Shown here piece by piece: positions 55,457 through 62,146 of a stretch of DNA of 62,146 nt (within the stretch, counting starts at the first letter, position 1; each line of letters begins with the position of its first letter). A program made the translations under genes and the position numbers. The notes below the pieces were generated by a model. The model did not search any database. It saw nothing but the letters and a program-made list of their open reading frames with translations, and was not told the DNA's origin. The stretch comes from a virus (taxonomy: Duplodnaviria > Caudoviricetes), in IMG/VR virus record IMGVR_UViG_3300021519_000009, positions 1 to 62,146 of that record, one strand, 5' to 3'.

Positions 55457-55484
55457 TTGCGATCTCCGTTTGCGTATGGTGAAC

Positions 55485-55514
55485 AAGATGGATCAGATTT
55501 GACGGGTTGTCAAG
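55485..55514 (-). promoter_or_regulatory. Promoter with the same palindrome as at 51684
   Basis: TTGACA-N17-CATCTT; TTGAC-GGGTT-GTCAA at 55499-55513. Confidence 0.55.
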
Positions 55515-55698
55515 TCGCCTTCCTCACCTTCGGCGTCAGTCGCTCCATCTGCTCGTGCGTGATCTCGCCCCTCGATGCCCGCACCAGTGCGAACCTGTGC
55601 CGGTGCGGGATCGTATTACGATGTTTCCACTGATGCGCAGTGTAATAATCCACGCCCAGCTTGTCCTGCGCAATCTCGATCACTCGGTCCCAGTTCAT
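55510..55698 (-). CDS. Cro-like HTH protein
   Basis: IAQDKLGVDYYTAHQWKHRNTIP..ASRGEIT. Confidence 0.6.
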   Translation of the reverse strand: MNWDRVIEIAQDKLGVDYYTAHQWKHRNTIPHRHRFALVRASRGEITHEQMERLTPKVRKAT

Positions 55699-56177
55699 TC
55701 GCTTACAATCCCCACTCTTTTCTTGCGACGGTTCCATGCAAAGATGGCACCTTCGCGTGTCGTCCAATAAGCCGTTTTGACTTCACAGCCTTCTTCTTCG
55801 CTATTGCCATCATTGGTGCATTTAACCCAGTGGCGCTCCCTGTATCCTGATAAAGGCGAACTGCGTAAATATTTAGCGGCCGAGTAACAAAATGGACAGG
55901 TCTTTAGTCCATCTGGATTCGGGGGCTTTAGGGGCTTTGGTTTTCTGATGATTGGCTGTAAATTATCTGTCGCAAGCCCCAAATCATCCAGCACTTCCAT
56001 GATGTGATTGAGCATTCTTAACCCGCAACCGGGAAGACGCAAAATTGCGGCGCGAGATGATTTTTGAATATCGCCAAGCGTTTCAAACTCTCTCGTCCCA
56101 TAATAGGAATAAGACAGCGAATTTAATGCGCGCGTAGCAAATCCGGCGTCTTCGATTTTGATGTTTGCGTTGTCCAT
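55695..56177 (-). CDS. RNA polymerase alpha-CTD-like domain fused to Lar-like Zn ribbon
   Basis: TRALNSL..TLGDI..ILRLPGCGLRMLNHI; LKTCPFC..VKC..C..AIFAWNRR. Confidence 0.7.
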   Translation of the reverse strand: MDNANIKIEDAGFATRALNSLSYSYYGTREFETLGDIQKSSRAAILRLPGCGLRMLNHIMEVLDDLGLATDNLQPIIRKPKPLKPPNPDGLKTCPFCYSAAKYLRSSPLSGYRERHWVKCTNDGNSEEEGCEVKTAYWTTREGAIFAWNRRKKRVGIVSE

Positions 56178-56188
56178 GGCCTTACCTT

Positions 56189-56497
56189 TCACGAAAACGA
56201 ATCGCCGAACTCACGTCGAATGGCCGCCTTGCCAAGCGGCATGTCCTTCAGATCGCCAAGCGCCGACATATACAGGTCGATCATCTCCTGCTGCGCGCGA
56301 TGCTCGTCCGCGTCCATCTTCCGGATCGCGATGATCTTCCGCAGGATCTTGACGTCAAAGCCAGTACCCTTGGCCTCCGCATATATTTCCTTGATATCCT
56401 CCGCAATGACAGCCTTCTCGGCCTCCATGCGCTCGATACGCTCGATGAACGATCGAAGGTGTCCCGCGTCCAACCCGTTTGATCCGCCTAATGCCAT
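56189..56497 (-). CDS. gapR: GapR (DUF2312) nucleoid-associated protein
   Basis: LRSFIERIERMEAEKAVIAEDIKEIYAEAKGTGFDVKILRKII. Confidence 0.92.
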   Translation of the reverse strand: MALGGSNGLDAGHLRSFIERIERMEAEKAVIAEDIKEIYAEAKGTGFDVKILRKIIAIRKMDADEHRAQQEMIDLYMSALGDLKDMPLGKAAIRREFGDSFS

Positions 56498-56514
56498 GTT
56501 CGTCTCCTGTTCGT

Positions 56515-56543
56515 AAAAGTAAGAGGGGGCTCGCGCCCCCTCT
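56515..56543 (-). terminator. Probable intrinsic terminator after SSB-like gene
   Basis: AGAGGGGGC-GCGA-GCCCCCTCT then TACTTTT on the minus strand. Confidence 0.5.
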
Positions 56544-56550
56544 CGTTCGC

Positions 56551-57231
56551 TCAACCGAAGTCGTCAACCTCTTCCAAGGCAGGAGCCGGCTTCTTTGCCG
56601 CTGGCGCGCTCACCTGCGTCGAACCCGTCGAGGGAGGCGTACGAGACGCCGCGGGCGCTGCGGCGGCCGCAGGCGCCCCCCGCGGCGACGCCACGAGGTC
56701 TTTCGGTCGATCCACCCAGGCCACGATCGTGAACACGGGCTGGTAGTTCGTCGACTTCGTGCCCTTGCCTGAAGACTCGATCGGGATCGTGTCCTCAAGC
56801 TCGACGACCGGCAGTTTGCCCCTGTTCTTCACGACGCCGGCCGTGTACTGGTCCTGCAAAATATCGATGCCCTTCAGCAGCGACACGGCAGTGCCGGCCA
56901 ATTCACGGCAGTCGCCGCCGACCTCCTTCGACAGCTTCACAATCACCCGCACGCCATGCCGGTGTTCAGGGCTGGGCTGCGCCGGTAGCGGAGTTCCAAA
57001 TGGAACCATCACAAATCCGGGGGCCTGACCGGCCGCAAAATGAATCCAGCCGACCTCCATATTCTCGAAGTCGAACACCGCTTTGAAATTTCGTGTGATG
57101 TCATGCTGGGTCGTTTCGCCGTCCGCACGATCAGCGCGGAACATGCGGCCAGCCCGCGCGTCATACTTGATGATCGGCAGGAAGTCGCCGCCGCCCTTGT
57201 TCCCGTATTCAAATCCCAATGCCATTGTCAT
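56551..57231 (-). CDS. Putative single-stranded DNA-binding protein
   Basis: KYDARAGR, VGWIHF, TNYQPVF..WVDRP, Pro/Ala linker, acidic-aromatic DDFG tail. Confidence 0.6.
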   Translation of the reverse strand: MTMALGFEYGNKGGGDFLPIIKYDARAGRMFRADRADGETTQHDITRNFKAVFDFENMEVGWIHFAAGQAPGFVMVPFGTPLPAQPSPEHRHGVRVIVKLSKEVGGDCRELAGTAVSLLKGIDILQDQYTAGVVKNRGKLPVVELEDTIPIESSGKGTKSTNYQPVFTIVAWVDRPKDLVASPRGAPAAAAAPAASRTPPSTGSTQVSAPAAKKPAPALEEVDDFG

Positions 57232-57288
57232 CACTCCAGATTGCGGTTATCTGGCCAACCGCTCGCCTTCGCCCATGTGGGCAGAACT

Positions 57289-58035
57289 TCAAATTCCCCA
57301 AATCTTGTACGCTTCAGCACGCGCGGCTGGGTCTGACCAATAAAAGGAATCAAAATCGGGCACCATCAATGATGCCAGTTCCATCGGGTCGTCGCTGCGC
57401 GCCAAAAACCTCTGGATCGTCATCCCGATCTTCCCCAACGCTTCAACGTGCTGGTCCGCGTTCTCAAGTCGATATGTCGCAACTTTCTTCGGCGTCACAT
57501 ATGTTACGCGCGGGTCGGCATTCCCTCGCGCGGCACGATACAGCGCCACCTGACGCGCGTGGTTGATCGATATCTTCGACGGCAGCGCGTGCGTCGTCTT
57601 GATGTCCGTCAACACGCCATGATCTTCCCATTCAAGGTCGAAGTACCCGATAAAGGGAACTTCCAGTCCCTCGAACTGATACTCGATCTTCCCCTGCGTG
57701 GCCGATGGCTTGCCGTAGGGCAGCAATTCCTTCAGGCCCTGCTCGACCATGCCAGCCAGACCTGCGCGCTCCTTATCAACACGTGGGTCCGTCGTCAGCG
57801 ACACAAGCTTCTCAAATTTCTCACGCGCAACGTCCTGACATTCCTTCAGGCTCGCGCCCGTCATCAAGCCATGCACAATTCCATCTTCAACGGCAGTCCC
57901 ACGATGCGCGGCCGGGCCAACGCTGAACCGTTTCTTCATCAATCGTTCCAATATAAACAGACCCGGCGCGCCAATGAACTGGTTGCAGGCTGATGGAGAA
58001 AGGTGCTTGATGCCGTGCCGTTCGAAGGGGTTCAT
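57289..58035 (-). CDS. PD-(D/E)XK exonuclease
   Basis: HLSPS, RGTAVE, GYFD..DIKTT..HARQVALY. Confidence 0.85.
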   Translation of the reverse strand: MNPFERHGIKHLSPSACNQFIGAPGLFILERLMKKRFSVGPAAHRGTAVEDGIVHGLMTGASLKECQDVAREKFEKLVSLTTDPRVDKERAGLAGMVEQGLKELLPYGKPSATQGKIEYQFEGLEVPFIGYFDLEWEDHGVLTDIKTTHALPSKISINHARQVALYRAARGNADPRVTYVTPKKVATYRLENADQHVEALGKIGMTIQRFLARSDDPMELASLMVPDFDSFYWSDPAARAEAYKIWGI

Positions 58036-58340
58036 GGGTTCTCTTTCTTATCCAGCCGCGTCGCCCTCCGCTTGGCGCTCCTCTCGGCTCGCTTCTCTGG
58101 GGTTTTCAACGCCCAGTGATTTGCCTTGCGCATTTTTGCGCAGGTAACGCAAATTCGTGTTTTTTTAATGTGATCTCGATCTGCCCATGCAAACCTTACA
58201 TTCTCCCCACTTAACACATGCCCATGTTTGCAAATTTGTTGTTTCGGCTTTCGCAATTTTACGTGCCTTGCAAACTCGTGCGTTATTATGTCAGTGAACT
58301 CTGCGTCATCCATAGCTGTCTGCCTATTTTCCATCTCCAT
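58032..58340 (-). CDS. Small Zn-finger basic protein
   Basis: CKHGH..EN..RICVTC. Confidence 0.6.
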   Translation of the reverse strand: MEMENRQTAMDDAEFTDIITHEFARHVKLRKPKQQICKHGHVLSGENVRFAWADRDHIKKTRICVTCAKMRKANHWALKTPEKRAERSAKRRATRLDKKENP

Positions 58341-58347
58341 ATCCCAA

Positions 58348-58430
58348 ACACTACCGCGCGTTAAACATTCTGTCAACCGACATTTTACAGATTGTTGAGA
58401 TTGACAAAAAATTAAATGGCGCTTACTTTT
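58348..58430. promoter_or_regulatory. Divergent promoter region
   Basis: Minus: TTGACA(58376-58371)-N17-TAGTGT; plus: TTGACA at 58401; AT-rich. Confidence 0.55.
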
Positions 58431-58454
58431 TTTATCTCGAACAAGGAAGCCTCC

Positions 58455-58922
58455 ATGATCATTCTCGGCATCGACCCCGGCCTGTCGGGCGCACTTGCAT
58501 TCTTCAATACCGACGCCGGCCACTTGTCCGTCCTCGACATGCCGACTGTCGAACTCAAACGCAACAGCAAGACCAAGCGCGAAGTCAGTCCAGCGCAACT
58601 CGCAGAGTTCATCCGCATGGGGAATGTCGATCATTGCTTCCTCGAGAAGGTTAACGCCATGCCCGGCCAAGGCGTCAGCAGCGTTTTTGCATTTGGGCGC
58701 TCGACAGGCATGATCGAAGGCGTCCTAGCGGCCTTGAAGATCCGCACCACCATGGTTCAGCCGCAAGCGTGGCAGAAGGCCGTGGGGCAGCGCCCCGGCA
58801 AGGATGGATCCCGCCAGCGCGCGGCAGAACTCTTCCCGGTCTACGTGAACCTGTTCGCATTGAAGAAGCATGATGGCCGCGCTGATGCGGCGCTGATTGC
58901 ATGGTATGGAGCGACACGCTAA
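58455..58922 (+). CDS. ruvC: RuvC-like Holliday junction resolvase
   Basis: ILGIDPGLSGA, FLEKV, QGVSSVFAFG, DGRADAALIA. Confidence 0.85.
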   Translation: MIILGIDPGLSGALAFFNTDAGHLSVLDMPTVELKRNSKTKREVSPAQLAEFIRMGNVDHCFLEKVNAMPGQGVSSVFAFGRSTGMIEGVLAALKIRTTMVQPQAWQKAVGQRPGKDGSRQRAAELFPVYVNLFALKKHDGRADAALIAWYGATR

Positions 58923-58988
58923 AAGAAAACGCCCCCACGTCGCGACACGCAGGGGCGTTGATAGGACCCGAAGCATTGGAGCTGCCCG

Positions 58989-59621
58989 GTGACACACGAT
59001 ATAGCACGCCAGAAGAATGCTGTCACTATCTCTGGTGACAATACACAAAAATCAAAGTCGTCCTTGCTGGAATCGCTGTTCCCGCACCCCGGCCCCCCGC
59101 CAAAACGCCCGTCAATTCCCGAGCATCTCGATCGCCACCATTGCCAACACATCCGCAGTCGTTATGTTCGCCGCTTCTTCAGCAATGGCAGCGAGCGTTT
59201 CGGTATCCAGTGCCTCTCATGTGGATATGCGGACGTGCAATCATGGCTCGGTGCGAAAAGAGCAGCCGAAGTTTATCAATGCTCGCCTGAAGACTGGCAA
59301 GAATATGACGATGAATTTACGGAAAACAAAAATCATGAATTGCATATGTTTTTTTATCAAAAACATTACAGCCAGCAGTCAAAAACAAACGAGTGGTGGG
59401 TCTGGTATGGGAAATATCTGAAAAGCGCAGCGTGGAAGAATCTTCGCGCCTTGATACTCAAGCGTGATAGCGGCAGGTGTGTGATCTGCAAGGCCAAGGC
59501 TGATGAAGTGCATCACCTGACGTATGATCAGGTTGGATATGAGCCGCCAGAAGATCTTATTTCAATCTGCGATCGATGCCATAACACCATTCACCCATCC
59601 AAAAATTCGCGTGGGGAGTGA
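58989..59621 (+). CDS. HNH endonuclease (McrA-like)
   Basis: YLKSAAW..RD..CVIC..EVHHLTY..LISICDRCH; lower GC. Confidence 0.8.
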   Translation: MTHDIARQKNAVTISGDNTQKSKSSLLESLFPHPGPPPKRPSIPEHLDRHHCQHIRSRYVRRFFSNGSERFGIQCLSCGYADVQSWLGAKRAAEVYQCSPEDWQEYDDEFTENKNHELHMFFYQKHYSQQSKTNEWWVWYGKYLKSAAWKNLRALILKRDSGRCVICKAKADEVHHLTYDQVGYEPPEDLISICDRCHNTIHPSKNSRGE

Positions 59622-61924
59622 TGTCAATGTCATCGGCTGAACTTCTCACCATCTCAAAGCCAGACCCAGACACCATGCGGGAACATCTCGAGTTCTTGTT
59701 TGGCGGCGCTATCCACGGTTTTCAAGATGGCCTCATCGAACTCGCATGGACAGACCCCAGACCAAACGAGGCTGGGCTTTATCCCCTGCGCCACGCTCAA
59801 CTCTACGGCACTGACAAGACCGACGATCTCGTCGAGAAGGCCTGCAGGCTGAACGCGAACGCCAAGACAAACGTCTACATTGGCGCGGCGCTGCGACACC
59901 CGCACACTGCCCCCTTCGGGCGCACGACAGACGCCGACTTTTTCGCCGCCACGGCCATGTGGGCTGACCTCGACGACCCTGCGTCCAATTCCGAAGCCAA
60001 GAACCGCTTCACCGAGTGCCGGCCGTCTTTTGTGGTCTGCACCGGCCGCACGCCAACGCCGCGGCATCAATTGTGGTGGCGGCTGTCCGAGCCGGTCACT
60101 GACCCCGCCGAGGTCAATGCATCCCTGCGCGGCATCGCCAAGCGCCTGCAGAGCGACCCGACCGTCACGAACCCCGGCCGCATCATGCGTCTGGCGGGAT
60201 CGATCGCGTGGGACGTCAAGGATGGCCGGGTGCCGGAACTGACGTCTGTCGTGACACTCAAGACGCCCGGCGACCATTCCTACCACATCGAGCAGATCAA
60301 TCAGGCATACCCTCCAGACGGCGAGGGGCAGCCGTACAGCGTTGCGCCGCACGAGCATGGCCCAGACGTCGGCATCGTCAGGCAGACAAACAGTCTGGGG
60401 CTCGACATCGGCAAGGTCGTCGATGGCCGGGAAAAGTACATGCGCGACGTTTTGTGCGCCGTGCTGGTCGAGATGATCGCCACCACTCAAAAGGTTCCGA
60501 CCTCCGACGTCCTCTGCGAGGCGGCGTGGCCAATCTACGAGCAGAACACAGACCTCTCACGAGCGGGCCGCAACAGGCCCGAGTTCGCCATGAAGGCCAG
60601 ATCGACCCTAAACAGGTTCTCTCAAGGCAAGATCAAAGGGGCGCGAGACATTCAGGAGGCCACAGAAAGCTACCGCGCCAGGCAGGCGGCAGATGCGGCA
60701 AAGTTCAGGGGCGGGGAGGGCAGGTCGACCTTCTCCCCTTTCGACGCAGCTAATATAGACCTGCGCGTGGACCCCGAGACGGGCGAGGTATTTAACGCCT
60801 CCACCGGCCAGTCTGCGGCGTCTCCAGCAGACCCCCTCCCAGACGTCCCCAACATCACCGCAGAGGCCAAGAAACGCATCAGCCTCATCCCGTGGGGCGA
60901 CCTGGCTGACGAGCCTGTCAGGTGGCTTGTAGACGGCCTGCTGCCAGCCAAGTCCTTCTCTGCCATCTATGGCCGCCCAGGGTCTTACAAGAGCTTCCTG
61001 GCCCTCTACATCGGCGCAATGATTGGATGCGGCCGACCCGTATTCGGCAAAGCGACCGTGGCTGGCGACGTCGTCTATATAGCTGGCGAGGGCGGCGCTG
61101 GCCTCAAGCGCAGGCGTGACGCTCTGATCGAGCAGCACGGCATCACCGAGCCAGTCCGCATGCATTTCCTCAAGGCGCAGCTTAACCTGCGCAGCACAGA
61201 TGCGGACCTGATCGCGCTGCTGCAGGAAATGGCGTCCATGAATATCAAGCCGTGCCTGATCATCATCGACACCCTCGCCCGAGCCTTCGCGGGCGGCAAC
61301 GAGAACGCCCCCGAAGACATGGGCGCATTCATCTCGATCATCGGGGCGATGCAGGAGGCGACAGGCGCGGCCGTCATGGTCGTCCACCACAGCGGCAAGG
61401 ACGAGGCCAAGGGCCTGCGCGGACACTCATCCCTGCTCGGCGCAGTCGACACTGAACTCGAATGTAAGAAGACCTCGTCCGAGGAAAGTCAGGAGCGGAA
61501 AGGAATATTGTCCGTTACCAAGCAGAAGGATGGCGAGGACGGGTACGGGCTGAACTTCGAAATGGCACTCATCAACCTGAGCCAGATCGACCCCACCAAG
61601 ACGTCCCTGGCGGTCGTCCCGGTGGATGGCGACGTCGCCGCAACTGGCAAGCGCCGGCGCGTCACGCCCAACGATATGGCGGCGTTCAAGGCGCTTGAGG
61701 CGGCGATCGGCGAGGCCGGCGAATCAGTCGGCATCCCCCAGGTTCCGAGCGGAAAACGGGTGGTGAAGACGTCTCTGTGGAGAAATTTCTTTTTGTCCCA
61801 ATCTCTGGACGACGAGAAGGGCCAGGAGCAGGCCAGAAAAGCGTTCCGGAGGTCATCCGAGAGGCTTTTGTCCCATGGGACAATTGGGACACATGCTGGT
61901 TATTGTTGGATTTCAGAGGCTTAG
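59618..61924 (+). CDS. RepB-type primase fused to RepA-like (AAA_25) helicase
   Basis: NVYIG, WADLD, HQLWW, RIMRLAGS; GRPGSYKS, IIIDT, HHSGKD..RGHSSL. Confidence 0.88.
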   Translation: MMSMSSAELLTISKPDPDTMREHLEFLFGGAIHGFQDGLIELAWTDPRPNEAGLYPLRHAQLYGTDKTDDLVEKACRLNANAKTNVYIGAALRHPHTAPFGRTTDADFFAATAMWADLDDPASNSEAKNRFTECRPSFVVCTGRTPTPRHQLWWRLSEPVTDPAEVNASLRGIAKRLQSDPTVTNPGRIMRLAGSIAWDVKDGRVPELTSVVTLKTPGDHSYHIEQINQAYPPDGEGQPYSVAPHEHGPDVGIVRQTNSLGLDIGKVVDGREKYMRDVLCAVLVEMIATTQKVPTSDVLCEAAWPIYEQNTDLSRAGRNRPEFAMKARSTLNRFSQGKIKGARDIQEATESYRARQAADAAKFRGGEGRSTFSPFDAANIDLRVDPETGEVFNASTGQSAASPADPLPDVPNITAEAKKRISLIPWGDLADEPVRWLVDGLLPAKSFSAIYGRPGSYKSFLALYIGAMIGCGRPVFGKATVAGDVVYIAGEGGAGLKRRRDALIEQHGITEPVRMHFLKAQLNLRSTDADLIALLQEMASMNIKPCLIIIDTLARAFAGGNENAPEDMGAFISIIGAMQEATGAAVMVVHHSGKDEAKGLRGHSSLLGAVDTELECKKTSSEESQERKGILSVTKQKDGEDGYGLNFEMALINLSQIDPTKTSLAVVPVDGDVAATGKRRRVTPNDMAAFKALEAAIGEAGESVGIPQVPSGKRVVKTSLWRNFFLSQSLDDEKGQEQARKAFRRSSERLLSHGTIGTHAGYCWISEA

Positions 61925-62080
61925 AAGCAAATGGGACACTCGGGACACATTGGGACAAGTAGGAAAGTGTCCCAAGGACAAAGGCGGCGGCGTTGGGACA
62001 CTTGGCACTTGTCCCAAAGGCCCCCCCCCCGTAAGGGGGGGGCCTGAAGTGTCCCAACCCGATGTGGGCTTGACGTCCCA
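61794..62080. repeat. Candidate replication origin: about 12 TGGGACA/TGTCCCA iterons around a C-run/G-run hairpin
   Basis: Copies at 61794, 61869, 61876, 61885, 61932, 61941, 61951, 61968, 61994, 62010, 62050 and 62074; GG(C)10-GTAA-(G)8CC at 62019-62044. Confidence 0.7.
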
Positions 62081-62146
62081 ATCTTTTTTGGCGTAGAAAT
62101 CTGGAGCAAACTGAAATGGCAAAATCGAAGAACTTCCAATCCTCAA
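62014..62146. repeat. Terminal direct repeat, right copy
   Basis: Matches 1-134. Confidence 0.9.

Noticed and set aside
58032-58670. 212-aa ORF as listed
   Set aside because: The 5-prime half is antisense to ruvC and crosses the divergent promoters; the real gene likely starts at 58340 or 58334
1-62146. Alternative genetic code or stop-codon readthrough
   Set aside because: Core genes are intact and densely packed under the standard code

Overview
The window is one apparently complete, circularly permuted dsDNA tailed-phage genome of about 62.0 kb. Bases 1-134 recur at 62014-62146. The host is probably an alphaproteobacterium, because the phage carries GcrA, GapR and a DnaA C-terminal-domain homologue. 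The + strand from 2.5 to 43 kb holds the morphogenesis module of a short-tailed virion: TerS, TerL, portal, a 2546-aa multi-module protein, GroES, scaffold, decoration protein, major capsid, tail and fibre genes, a GH108 endolysin with holin, tail tubular proteins, a GNAT and two large ejection proteins. The - strand from 43 to 58.3 kb holds early and middle genes: GcrA, a secreted lytic transglycosylase, DnaA-CTD, two C5 methyltransferases, a ParB-like protein, a Cro-like HTH, an alpha-CTD/Lar fusion, GapR, an SSB-like protein and an exonuclease. A small + strand serine-resolvase island interrupts that block. RuvC, HNH, a primase-helicase and an iteron-rich candidate origin close the circle. 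The most notable signal is a short (Y/F/M/R/K)-A/K-x-G-G-x-V peptide motif, often paired with a V-x-x-A-L-x-I-A-R helix. It recurs about 30 times across seven putative internal-virion proteins and punctuates the giant protein into enzyme modules, suggesting a polyprotein-processing or cargo-docking code. Both methyltransferase genes also contain nested, alternative-frame partner ORFs. All family assignments come from motif recognition by eye; no searches were run.
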